Source: Thermoproteota archaeon (GTDB lineage: Archaea; Korarchaeota; Korarchaeia; B14-G2). From it: a stretch of DNA of 37,213 nucleotides. The translations under genes and the position numbers were made by a program. Positions 9,684 through 18,716 of the stretch are shown piece after piece. Positions within the stretch are counted from its first letter, which is position 1. Every line of letters starts with the position of its first letter. Under the pieces are notes generated by a model, which saw nothing but the letters and a program-made list of their open reading frames with translations, had not been told where the DNA came from and did not search any database. The DNA lies in contig QMWA01000003.1 in assembly GCA_003661385.1 (NCBI GenBank), positions 1 to 37,213 of the forward strand. The letters are read 5' to 3'.

Positions 9684-10256
9684 TTGCCGCAGGTGGTCGA
9701 GATAAGGTGGCATGGCCGTGGTGGCCAAGGGCTTGTTGTTGCAAGTGAGATACTAGCTGAAGCATGCTTCTTAGAAGGTAAGTGGGCTCAGTCATTTCCA
9801 TTCTTTGGCGCAGAGAGGAGAGGAGCGCCAGTTCAGGCATTCACTAGAGTGTCTAGCTCACCAATCCACATAAGGAGCATGGTATATAACCCAGATATCG
9901 TGGTTGTCCTGGATCCCGTGATATATGGGGTTATCAGAGTGTCCGAGGGCCTAAAGCCAGGTGGCTTAATAGTAGCCAACTCGCATTTCTCCCCAAGTGA
10001 GCTAAAGTCTGAGATGTCGCTGAGCAACTGCAGGGTAGCTACTCTCGATGCGGTTAAGATAGCAACAGAGCTGGGCCTGACCGTAGCCGGCCTTGTTGTT
10101 CCAAATACCGCGATGCTAGGAGCACTTGTCAAGGCATCCAACCTAGCTAAGCTAGAGTCGGTGGTTAAGGCTATCCAGAGAAGATGGTCCGGAAAGCTGC
10201 TTGAGAAGAATCTAGAGGCTGTCAAGAGAGGGTATGATGAAGTCAAGCTTGGATAA
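9684..10256 (+). CDS. porG: pyruvate/2-oxoacid:ferredoxin oxidoreductase gamma subunit
   Basis: EIRWHGRGGQG, QSFPFFGAERRGAPVQAFTR, PDIVVVLDP, PNTAMLGA. Confidence 0.93.
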   Translation: MPQVVEIRWHGRGGQGLVVASEILAEACFLEGKWAQSFPFFGAERRGAPVQAFTRVSSSPIHIRSMVYNPDIVVVLDPVIYGVIRVSEGLKPGGLIVANSHFSPSELKSEMSLSNCRVATLDAVKIATELGLTVAGLVVPNTAMLGALVKASNLAKLESVVKAIQRRWSGKLLEKNLEAVKRGYDEVKLG

Positions 10257-10935
10257 AAAAGTTATAGCAGTGATACCTGCATATAACGAGGAGGAGAATG
10301 TTGGAGACCTGATTAAGGAGACCTCCCCATATGTCGACTTCACTATAGTAGTAGATGACGGGTCTACTGACAGAACATGTGATGTAGCTAAGAGAGCTGG
10401 GGGGATTGTGCTACAACACTCGAGAAACATGGGTAAGGGGGCTGCGCTGAAGACGGGCATTAGAAGAGCTCTTGAGCTTGACGCTGACATCATAGTGACT
10501 ATAGACGGAGATGGCCAATACAGTCCTATGGAGATACCGAAGCTTGTTGCGAAGCTAGAGGAGGGATATGACCTTGTAGTCGGCTGTAGGAGGCTTAGCG
10601 GCGAGATGCCCCTCGTCAGAAGGCTCTCAAACCTCATCTCGTCAGCGATCCTGAGGGTACTGTTTAGGATCCCAGTTAAGGACACTCAATGCGGCCTCAG
10701 GGCTTTTACAAGAAGTGCTCTCGAGCAAGTGCCGATACGTGAGTCTGGTTACCTAGTTGAAAGCCAGGTTCTAGTTGATGCTGTAAGAAGTAAGCTAAGA
10801 GTAGGTGAGATACCAGTTACCGTATCCTACTCCGGGGTGAAGTCAAAGATAAAGCCCGTTAGAGAGACTCTTCTATTTACTCTATTTATTCTCAGGGAGA
10901 TACTTCGTGCCCTCCGCCTCAAGCTTGCCCAGTAA
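10234..10935 (+). CDS. GT2 glycosyltransferase, DPM1/AglD-like
   Basis: VIPAYNEE, VVDDGSTD, NMGKGAA, IDGDGQ, DTQCGLRAF. Confidence 0.92.
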   Translation: MMKSSLDKKVIAVIPAYNEEENVGDLIKETSPYVDFTIVVDDGSTDRTCDVAKRAGGIVLQHSRNMGKGAALKTGIRRALELDADIIVTIDGDGQYSPMEIPKLVAKLEEGYDLVVGCRRLSGEMPLVRRLSNLISSAILRVLFRIPVKDTQCGLRAFTRSALEQVPIRESGYLVESQVLVDAVRSKLRVGEIPVTVSYSGVKSKIKPVRETLLFTLFILREILRALRLKLAQ

Positions 10936-11158
10936 CCTTGTCTACAATCCTGCTGTATATATCAACTTTCTCCTCTCCTGGCATCACCTCCGTGGTATCA
11001 CTGAACCCACAGAACATGCATGCTACAACGGCCCTCCCCTCCTTCTTATCTATCTTCACTATAACTCCCTCTCTTTGGCATATTGGGCACGGATATATCG
11101 ACTTCGGCCTCCTTGGCCTCCTCCTGATTACGCGCTTCTTCTTCCTCCTTCCTCCCAA
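10919..11158 (-). CDS. elf1: transcription elongation factor Elf1 (Zn ribbon)
   Basis: Basic N-terminus MGGRRKKKR, YPCPIC...CMFCG, C-terminal EKVDIYSRIVD. Confidence 0.9.
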   Translation of the reverse strand: MGGRRKKKRVIRRRPRRPKSIYPCPICQREGVIVKIDKKEGRAVVACMFCGFSDTTEVMPGEEKVDIYSRIVDKVTGQA

Positions 11159-11222
11159 GCTGCTCCCCCTTTATACTCGCTGGGGGTAAGCTAAAAAAGT
11201 TAGGCTACAAAGCCACTTAGAC

Positions 11223-14200
11223 ATGAGTTACTTCAAGTCTATTGAAGACGGTGTCCTGGAAGCATACTCTATTGCATCTAAAGCTAGAGAGAGGGGGCTA
11301 GACCCAGATACCAAGGTTGAATGCTATATTGCCAACGAGGTGCCAGAGAGGATAGGGTTGATCTTTGGCCGCAGTGAACTTAAGGAGATCGTCAAGAGAG
11401 CTCTAAGTGAGGCTGAAAGCAAGTATGAAGCTGCATTTCTGTCAGCAGAGTATGTGCTAAGGAGGCTTCTTCCAGAGCTTGAGCCACATGAGGCTATGGA
11501 AATTGCTACCAAAGTAGGTCTCACAGTGATGACTGACTGCACTGTCTCAGCTGCCATAGAGGGCATACATGAGGTCAGGATCAAGTACAACACAGATAGA
11601 TCGATGTATGCGGCAATATACTACTCTGGTCCAATAAGGACAGCTGGTGCAACAGAGGGTGCTTTATCCGTTGTTCTCCTTGATGTCCTCAGGAGGAAGA
11701 TAGGGTTAGAGAGCTTTCAGCCTACAGAGGAGCATGTAGGCAGGTATGTTGAGGAAGTTCTGCTGTACAAGCGTTACGAGAGTGTACAGTACACTGCATC
11801 AAAGCCAGCTGACATAGAGAAGCTATGCAGGAGGCTTCCAGTGGAGGTAACTGGCCCTCCAACGCATAACATCGAGGTTGTCGCATACAGAGACGTGTAC
11901 AATGTAGAGACCAACAGGCTTAGAGGTGGAGCGGTGCTTGTGATAAACGACTGCCTTTTACAAAAAGCCGCTAAGCTGCTTAAAGTCCTCTCTGAACTAA
12001 ATGTAAGTGGATGGGAGTGGCTCAAGGAGCTCACGCACACCCCTAAGGAGCACAGCACACATCATGCTTCTCCGGTAATTTACCCGAAGAGAGCGTACTT
12101 AGAAGATGTGGTCTTAGGGAGGCCTGTTTTCTCTCTGCCACTAAGGAAGGGCGGGTTCAGGCTGAGGTATGGGAGAGCTAGGAACACAGGGCTAGCTGCA
12201 ATTGGTATGCACCCCGCGACCATGGCCATATACAAGGGATTCATAGCTGTAGGCACTCAGCTTCGGGTAGAAAGGCCAGGCAAGAGCGCCATAGTCATGC
12301 CAGTAGACACAATTGAAGGTCCGGTAGTTCTGCTAAAGGATGGTAGTGTTGTAAGGCTAGAAAGCTATGAAGCCGCCGCTAAGATAGCTCCAGATGTGGA
12401 GAAAGTGCTGTTCAGCGGTGACATGCTAATAGCATATGGAGAGTTCCTAGAGAACAATACGGTGCTGCTTCCATCAGGGTACTGCGAGGAGTGGTGGGCT
12501 GAAGAGCTGAAGGCAAAGGTGAGCAAGCTACAGGAGTACCCTGCAGCAGTCAAGTTCATATTAAAAGACCCTCTAAGGTACCGGCCACCAATCGACCTAG
12601 CCATCGAGCTGAGCCTAAAGCTAGGCATCCCTCTACACCCATATTACACCCTCCTATGGAGCCACATCACAGTTTCAGACTTAGAATACCTATCCAAAGC
12701 AATACACAAGGCATTTCCTGCCTTACCAGCTACATATGCTGAAAACCTCGAGTTAGAGCTTCCACTCGATAAGAAGCTCAAGAAGATCTTAGAAGCAATC
12801 TGCTGCCCACATAAGCTAAGTGAGGGCAAGATAGTAGTGGACCCCCCCTGGTCAATAGTACTACTTGTCTCAGTTGCGAGGTACAGGAGGGGTGTGCTCT
12901 CAAAGTTCAGAGAATTTGAGACTATAGACGCTCTCAATGAGATTTCTCTTGTACCACAGAGGGCTAAGGCTACATTCTACATAGGGGCCAGAATGGGGCG
13001 ACCGGAGAAAGCTAAGCCCAGAGTGATGAAGAAGGTCAACGTCCTTTTTCCAGTCGGTGTCCAGAAGGGCAGATCTAGGAGGATAGCTTCATCAATGGAG
13101 TCTCCTGCACCAGTAGATGTCTATAACGGAATCTGCCCGAAATGCGGCGAGCAATCGCCATACTCCTTCTGCTTAAAGTGTGGAACCAGAGTAAAGCCGA
13201 TTCGGGTGTGCCCAGTTTGCAGAAAGGAGGTTAAAGACTTATGTGAGGAGCATAAGGTCCCTGGGGTTACATATCAGAGAAGAAAGCTTGATGTCAGCAG
13301 CCTGATTACAAGAGCATCCAAGAGGGTGGAGGTTCCTCTAGACAGCGTGCTAGACACACTTAGAGGAGTAGAGGGGCTTATGAACAGGGACAAAATGCCT
13401 GAGCTCATTGAGAAGGGGCTGCTAAGAGCGAAGCACGGTGTCTATGTGTTCAAAGACGGTACATGCCGCTTTGACTCCACAGATGCGCCCCTCACACACT
13501 TTAAGCCATCTGAGATAGGAGTGAGCGTTGAAAAGCTACGTGAACTCGGGTATACACATGATATCGATGGCAGCCCCCTCAAGAGAAGCGATCAGATGTT
13601 AGAGCTGAAGCCACAAGACGTGATACTGCCGAGAGAGGCAGGCGAGTACCTGCTTAGAGTAGCTAACTTCGTGGACGACCTACTCGTGAAGCTATACAAT
13701 CTACCTCCCTTTTACAATGCCAGGAAGCCAGAGGACCTGATAGGGCATATCTGCCTCACGATGGCTCCTCACACCTTCACAGCTATAGCATGCAGGATCA
13801 TAGGGTATACTCCAGCTAGAGCTGTGTTTGCACACCCCTTGATCCATGCAGCCAAGAGAAGGAACTGCGATGGAGACGAGGACTCGGTAATGCTTGCCTT
13901 AGATGTCTTCCTGAACTTCTCAAGGTCATACATACCAGACAAGACTGGTGGCATAGAAGACGTCCCACTGTTTATAGTAACTAGAATAGACCCTAATACT
14001 GTCGATGATGAGGTCTATAACGTAGATGCTGTTTGCAAGTATCCTCTTGAGTTCTATAAGGCTGCAGCGAAGTTCATGCATCCGAAGTCTGTGAGGAGTC
14101 TGTTGTCAACGTTTGAAGACGTGTATGTGCAGGGAAAAGGCCGCCCTCTTTACACGCATGACACCAGCTGCTTCCACCATGGCATCTTGAGGTCAGCGTA

Positions 14201-14666
14201 CTCAAGTGGGGACGTAGCCTCCTCCACCAGCAGGGAGAAGATGGATAAGAAGCTAGAGATGCAGATGGAGATAGCAGAAAAATCCGTTGCCACGAGCCCT
14301 GGTGAGGTCGCTGCTCTAGTACTCAAGGCCCACATCTTGAAGGACATAATAGGCAATCTAAGGACTTACACTCAGCAAGCATTTCGCTGCCCTCTCTGTA
14401 ACACTAAGTTCAGCAGAATACCTCTCTCCGGGCTCTGCTCAAAGTGTGGTAGGCAGCTGATACCTACGACAAGTGTCGGTAGTATAGTGAAGTACTTGCA
14501 TCTAGCAAAAAAGCTCGTACAGGAGTATGATGTAGGAAGCTACCTCAAGCAGAGAGTTGAAATACTCGTGTCAGAGCTGAGCGAGCTCATATCAGAGGCC
14601 GAGGGAGTTGAAAAAATAAAGAGAGACCTATCACTTCAGTCCACTCTAGACCAGTTCATCCCATAG
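11223..14666 (+). CDS. polC: DNA polymerase D large subunit DP2
   Basis: ARERGLDP, YSGPIRTAG, GGFRLRYGRARNTG, GARMGRPEKAK, catalytic KRRNCDGDEDS, Zn ribbons, C-terminal PIP box QSTLDQFI; no intein. Confidence 0.97.
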   Translation: MSYFKSIEDGVLEAYSIASKARERGLDPDTKVECYIANEVPERIGLIFGRSELKEIVKRALSEAESKYEAAFLSAEYVLRRLLPELEPHEAMEIATKVGLTVMTDCTVSAAIEGIHEVRIKYNTDRSMYAAIYYSGPIRTAGATEGALSVVLLDVLRRKIGLESFQPTEEHVGRYVEEVLLYKRYESVQYTASKPADIEKLCRRLPVEVTGPPTHNIEVVAYRDVYNVETNRLRGGAVLVINDCLLQKAAKLLKVLSELNVSGWEWLKELTHTPKEHSTHHASPVIYPKRAYLEDVVLGRPVFSLPLRKGGFRLRYGRARNTGLAAIGMHPATMAIYKGFIAVGTQLRVERPGKSAIVMPVDTIEGPVVLLKDGSVVRLESYEAAAKIAPDVEKVLFSGDMLIAYGEFLENNTVLLPSGYCEEWWAEELKAKVSKLQEYPAAVKFILKDPLRYRPPIDLAIELSLKLGIPLHPYYTLLWSHITVSDLEYLSKAIHKAFPALPATYAENLELELPLDKKLKKILEAICCPHKLSEGKIVVDPPWSIVLLVSVARYRRGVLSKFREFETIDALNEISLVPQRAKATFYIGARMGRPEKAKPRVMKKVNVLFPVGVQKGRSRRIASSMESPAPVDVYNGICPKCGEQSPYSFCLKCGTRVKPIRVCPVCRKEVKDLCEEHKVPGVTYQRRKLDVSSLITRASKRVEVPLDSVLDTLRGVEGLMNRDKMPELIEKGLLRAKHGVYVFKDGTCRFDSTDAPLTHFKPSEIGVSVEKLRELGYTHDIDGSPLKRSDQMLELKPQDVILPREAGEYLLRVANFVDDLLVKLYNLPPFYNARKPEDLIGHICLTMAPHTFTAIACRIIGYTPARAVFAHPLIHAAKRRNCDGDEDSVMLALDVFLNFSRSYIPDKTGGIEDVPLFIVTRIDPNTVDDEVYNVDAVCKYPLEFYKAAAKFMHPKSVRSLLSTFEDVYVQGKGRPLYTHDTSCFHHGILRSAYSSGDVASSTSREKMDKKLEMQMEIAEKSVATSPGEVAALVLKAHILKDIIGNLRTYTQQAFRCPLCNTKFSRIPLSGLCSKCGRQLIPTTSVGSIVKYLHLAKKLVQEYDVGSYLKQRVEILVSELSELISEAEGVEKIKRDLSLQSTLDQFIP

Positions 14667-16173
14667 GTGTACCAAGCTTCTCAAGAGGCTCTCCTGCTAT
14701 GAACCTCTTTATCGCGGTTTTCAGCTCATCTACGTGCACTCTGACCTGGGCCATTGTGTCTCTGTCTCTCAGTGTCACTGTTTTATCCTCAAGCGTCTGG
14801 TAGTCGACTGTCACACATACAGGAGTGCCTATCTCATCCATTCTCCTATATCTCCTGCCTATACTGCCAGATTCGTCATAGAATGCCTCAAAATCCTCGA
14901 GAAGGGTACCATATATTTCTGAGGCAGCTTTGATGAGCTCAGGCTTGTTTACAAGAGGGAAGACAGCTACATCTATTGGAGCAAGCCTCCTGGGAAGCTT
15001 TTCGACCACCCTTTCACCTTCCCTCCTGTAGTTCAAGAGAAGCAAATGGAGGATAAGCCTGTCTATGCCTATTGAAGGTTCATACATGTGTGGTACTATG
15101 CTTTGCTTTCTCTTCTCGCTGTACAACTTAAGTTCTCTGCCTGACAGCCTAGAGTGCCCTATCACATCATGGTCTGTTCTATACGCGTTGTTAACGACCT
15201 CAACCCACCCTAAATCCTCACTGTATATCTGCAAGTCCCAGTGTGCTCTAGCATAATGTGCTCTCTCATGCTCGTTTAGCTCGTAGTAGCGTACTTTCTC
15301 AAGTGGGAACCCGTAGTCTTCCGTCATTAGCTTCTGGTATAAGGCTAGCCAGTAGGTGACGAGCTTATTTATGGTATACCCTTCTTCAAGCGCTTCCTCA
15401 CAAGTCATTTCAACTACTTCTCCTGCTTCCCTTGCGTAAGCTGGAAGAAACCTAAGTCTGTACTTCCTCACAGACTCGAATTTATTATCATAATCTGGGT
15501 ACTCTGGGTCAAAAAATATCTGTACTTCTGCCATGTTGAACTCTCTGGTTCTAATCAGCCCGTGTCTTGGGGATATCTCGTTTCTGAATGCTTTACCAAC
15601 CTGGCATATGACTAGCGGCAGCTTGTTCCTAGCTATCTGCTGTAGCCTCCTTATCTCTACTACGGAACTCTGCGTTGTTTCTGGCCTTAAGTACGCTATG
15701 TCCTTTCCAGTTGCTCCTATTCTCATTTCGAACATCAAGTTAAACCTCCTTACTTCAGAGAACTCGCTGCTACCGCAGTACGGGCACTTAACCATCTTTT
15801 CTACTATCAGCTTATACAACTCCTCTTCGCTTAAGCCTTCTAGGCCAGTTAGCCCAGCTTGCTCCTCTAACAGCATGTCCGCTCTGTGTCTGCGGTGGCA
15901 TTTCAAGCACTCCACCAGCTTATCATTGAAGTGCTTGGTGTGTCCTGATGCCTCGAAGACGCTGCCTGGAGATATGCATGTCGAGTCTAGCTCGACTCCT
16001 TCTTCTCTCCTGACTATTTTCTCTCTCCAGAGCTCTATAACCTTGTTCTTCATCTTAACTCCGAGGGGCCCATACACCCAGAGTCCTGCTGGTGCATCAG
16101 AGTATACATCACGGAAACCTTGCCAGAAGAAGCCTCTTCTAGCTGCCATCTCCATTACTTCATCCAGAGCCAT
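14656..16173 (-). CDS. glyS: glycine--tRNA ligase (alpha2, archaeal/eukaryotic type)
   Basis: AARRGFFW, YGPLG, YLRPETTQ, KAFRNEISPR..L.R.REF..AE, EPSIGIDR, SGSIGRRYRRMDEIGTP. ATG at 16173 preferred over GTG at 16182. Confidence 0.96.
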   Translation of the reverse strand: MALDEVMEMAARRGFFWQGFRDVYSDAPAGLWVYGPLGVKMKNKVIELWREKIVRREEGVELDSTCISPGSVFEASGHTKHFNDKLVECLKCHRRHRADMLLEEQAGLTGLEGLSEEELYKLIVEKMVKCPYCGSSEFSEVRRFNLMFEMRIGATGKDIAYLRPETTQSSVVEIRRLQQIARNKLPLVICQVGKAFRNEISPRHGLIRTREFNMAEVQIFFDPEYPDYDNKFESVRKYRLRFLPAYAREAGEVVEMTCEEALEEGYTINKLVTYWLALYQKLMTEDYGFPLEKVRYYELNEHERAHYARAHWDLQIYSEDLGWVEVVNNAYRTDHDVIGHSRLSGRELKLYSEKRKQSIVPHMYEPSIGIDRLILHLLLLNYRREGERVVEKLPRRLAPIDVAVFPLVNKPELIKAASEIYGTLLEDFEAFYDESGSIGRRYRRMDEIGTPVCVTVDYQTLEDKTVTLRDRDTMAQVRVHVDELKTAIKRFIAGEPLEKLGTPMG

Positions 16174-16182
16174 GGTGAACAC

Positions 16183-16473
16183 CTAGACTGGCGGGCATAT
16201 GCATGGGTTAGACTTACACTTAGGGCATGTATTAGAGTACCTGCTCATAAAGGCTGTCTCTAAGTCTATTCCAAGGAGGCTTGACACACTGAGAAGCCAA
16301 GCTAGCGTGTCGGCTAGCTCTCTGCTCATCTCAGAGCTGTCTCCTCCTCTTAGGGCTCTAGCTAGCTCTCCAACTTCCTCTACCAAATGTATGAACGTCC
16401 TGTTCACGCCTCTTCTCTTGTCTCTCTCTCCGTATATCTCAGTTATCATCTGCTGCATCTCTGAGAGCTTCAT
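16183..16473 (-). CDS. MazG-like nucleotide pyrophosphohydrolase with C-terminal Cys cluster
   Basis: LVEEVGELA, ELADTLAWL, CPKC...PC.C; likely start is ATG at 16473. Confidence 0.9.
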   Translation of the reverse strand: MKLSEMQQMITEIYGERDKRRGVNRTFIHLVEEVGELARALRGGDSSEMSRELADTLAWLLSVSSLLGIDLETAFMSRYSNTCPKCKSNPCICPPV

Positions 16474-16484
16474 CTGTCTCACAC

Positions 16485-16652
16485 TCACATGAAAGCCCAC
16501 AGTATGATCTCAGCTAGCACTACAACTAGGGTCATTATCAGAGGAACGTATGGTGGAACCTTTACTCCTCCAGCTTCCTCTCCTGCGAATGATAACAGCC
16601 CTGCACTCGTAGCGGGTAGAAACTCTCTCTTCTTCTTTCTAGATCTTGACAT
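16485..16652 (-). CDS. secG: preprotein translocase subunit Sec61beta (55 aa, absent from the ORF track)
   Basis: Hand translation MSRSRKKKREFLPATSAGLLSFAGEEAGGVKVPPYVPLIMTLVVVLAEIILWAFM: SAGL.F..EE..KV.P signature plus one C-terminal TM helix; GGGGT SD. Confidence 0.9.
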   Translation of the reverse strand: MSRSRKKKREFLPATSAGLLSFAGEEAGGVKVPPYVPLIMTLVVVLAEIILWAFM

Positions 16653-16693
16653 GCTCTACCCCATTAAGGCCTGGCTGCACTGGGTTAAATCCC

Positions 16694-17176
16694 TTACACC
16701 TGCTCTATAATCACTGATGGGCTTTCATAGAACGTTGATAAAGAGACTATAGTATGCGTTGTCACTACCGAAGGTATCCTTAAGATCTTCCACACCAGCG
16801 ACTGGAGCGCTCTCCTGTCTTCAACATAAGCTTTGATGAGCAAGTCGTACTCTCCTGTTATCTCATGGACTTCTAGTATGGAAGATGGATCCAGGCTTGA
16901 GATCTTCTTTGCGACATCAGGTGTAGCTCCTGCCTCGGTTTTGACAAATATGAAGACTAAAAGGCTTTTTCCCAGCTTCTCGTGGTTGAGAATCGCAGTA
17001 TACCTTATTATGTACCCCTCGCTCTCTAGCCACTTTACCCTCTTCAGTACTCCAGCTATTGACATTCCTACCTTCTTTGCTATCTCAGTGTATTTTAGTC
17101 TAGCGTTTTTCACGAGAAGAGAGAGGATAATCCTCTCCCTCTTGCTGAGCTTGTCCCCCTTACTCCTACGCGGCAC
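16694..17176 (-). CDS. Lrp/AsnC family transcriptional regulator
   Basis: HTH (NARLKYTEIAKKVGMS...RVKWLESEGYI..Y) and RAM domain (EVHEITGEYDL). Confidence 0.93.
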   Translation of the reverse strand: MPRRSKGDKLSKRERIILSLLVKNARLKYTEIAKKVGMSIAGVLKRVKWLESEGYIIRYTAILNHEKLGKSLLVFIFVKTEAGATPDVAKKISSLDPSSILEVHEITGEYDLLIKAYVEDRRALQSLVWKILRIPSVVTTHTIVSLSTFYESPSVIIEQV

Positions 17177-17365
17177 ACTGTCACCTTCATATCATGCTCT
17201 TATGTAACTGTCAAAATAATGTCTAGATAAATGTTTTTGCATACATTAAGTTAACTCTTATTAAGATAGAGGTTAAGAATAGGACGCCGCGTTTACCAGA
17301 GTGCTTCATGTAGCTTTACCGCGATCTTTTAATAATCTGCTCCTCTAGCAGTGTGGGCAGAGAGC

Positions 17366-17776
17366 ATGTACTACCACGGTCGAGTAGTACCCGGTGGGCG
17401 TACGCCAACAGGAGCTAAGATACCGTATATCAGAAAGAAGAGGAAGAGAGAGCTTGGGAGACCACCTGCTGAGACCGTGGTAGGAGAGCTTAAGGTAAAG
17501 AGACAGCGAGTAAGAGGAGGAGGTATCAAGCTTAAGCTTCTCTCAGTAGACTTCGCAAACGTAGCCATACCCAGTGAGGGGAGATCTGTTCGGGCTAAAA
17601 TCCTTCGAGTAATAGGTAACCCAGCAAACCCTGACTATAACCGCAGAGGAGTAATCACACGCGGAGCTATAATAGAAACTGAGGTTGGGAAGGCAAGAGT
17701 TGTCTCTAGACCTGGACAGCATGGTATTGTCAACGCGGTTTTAGTAGAAGGTGCAGAGAGTGAGAAGAAGAGATAG
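17366..17776 (+). CDS. rps8e: 30S ribosomal protein eS8
   Basis: TGAK..RKKRKRELGRPP, RVRGG, NPAN.DY.RRGVITRGAIIET, SRPGQHG.VNA; likely start is ATG at 17366. Confidence 0.97.
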   Translation: MYYHGRVVPGGRTPTGAKIPYIRKKRKRELGRPPAETVVGELKVKRQRVRGGGIKLKLLSVDFANVAIPSEGRSVRAKILRVIGNPANPDYNRRGVITRGAIIETEVGKARVVSRPGQHGIVNAVLVEGAESEKKR

Positions 17777-18038
17777 GCTGGTCTTATACCCATGCTACTT
17801 TAATCGCAGCTTGAGTAGAAGTGAAGGCCGCCGAGTTCCATTGAGCCTTGCTGTTAAAAATCCATCTGCTGAGTCCATTTTCAGAGCTGCCGAGAAGCTA
17901 GGGTTAGACCCAGTACTGCAGAAGGACAAACACCACCCTGCTAGATGGTTTTACAGAGAAGGCCGTGTGCTGGTTAAGAAAATAGATAGGAAAACCAAGG
18001 TCATAAGGGCCATAGCAGAGGAGCTAAAGAGGTCTTAG
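17751..18038 (+). CDS. srp19: signal recognition particle protein SRP19
   Basis: LYPCYF...SRSEGRRVP..LAV.NP, HPARW...GRV. Confidence 0.95.
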   Translation: MQRVRRRDRLVLYPCYFNRSLSRSEGRRVPLSLAVKNPSAESIFRAAEKLGLDPVLQKDKHHPARWFYREGRVLVKKIDRKTKVIRAIAEELKRS

Positions 18039-18039
18039 C

Positions 18040-18297
18040 TTGAAGAGGCTAGGTATAATACTCCACATAACCCCTTCCAGGAACTTCATTGTCAAGCTTG
18101 AGTTCACTCCAGAACATGACCTAAGGGGGGCAAAAGTTGTTGTTGAGGATATGACGGTTCTTGGTGTTGTAAAAGACATAATAGGCCCTGTAGCATCACC
18201 TCTCCTGGTGGTAGGCTGCTCTAGGGATATAGCTTCGCCTGAAAACTTTAAGGGTAAGGTTGCCTACTTAATCGAAGAAGAAGATCTACCGTACTAG
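18040..18297 (+). CDS. gar1: H/ACA RNP protein Gar1
   Basis: MKRLG.ILH, GVVKDIIGPV.SP; conserved position after srp19. Confidence 0.88.
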   Translation: MKRLGIILHITPSRNFIVKLEFTPEHDLRGAKVVVEDMTVLGVVKDIIGPVASPLLVVGCSRDIASPENFKGKVAYLIEEEDLPY

Positions 18298-18305
18298 GTG
18301 ATTCA

Positions 18306-18716
18306 ATGGTAGATGACCCACTAGCTAATGTAATATGTGAGATGTTGTCTGACAGAAAGGATAGTTGGATGAACATTTCAGAGCTTGTTGAAAGGCTTAG
18401 AGGCCACATTGACACCAGGATGCTGCGGAGTGGGCACTTAGAGAGTGTGCTAAAGCGGCTTGCAAAACGGAATATAATAGCAATCAGGTATGATAAACAC
18501 GGAAAGATGGTTAAGGTGAGCTTAACTCAGCCAGCAAACCGGTCAGAACTTGAGAAGATAGTGGGAGATGACATAGGTGTCCTCCTAGAAGTTCCATGCT
18601 TCTCATGCCCAGATCTATACAGGTGTTTAGAGGAAGACCTATGGATTGAGTGCAGAAGTCTAAACGAGTACCTAGTTAGGGAAGAAGAGCAGCCCATACT
18701 ACCTAAGAAGTTCTAG
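18306..18716 (+). CDS. TFE-beta / RPC34-like protein (winged helix plus putative 4Fe-4S domain)
   Basis: N-terminal wHTH pattern (ISELVERL...LKRLAKRNII) and C-terminal VPCFSCPDLYRC-x8-CRSLNEYL four-Cys motif; lies between gar1 and trm1. Confidence 0.75.
   Translation: MVDDPLANVICEMLSDRKDSWMNISELVERLRGHIDTRMLRSGHLESVLKRLAKRNIIAIRYDKHGKMVKVSLTQPANRSELEKIVGDDIGVLLEVPCFSCPDLYRCLEEDLWIECRSLNEYLVREEEQPILPKKF

Noticed and set aside
11223-14666. Inteins in DP2, Rpo1 or Rpo2
   Set aside because: Lengths are normal, catalytic motifs are uninterrupted, and there are no splice-junction or LAGLIDADG motifs
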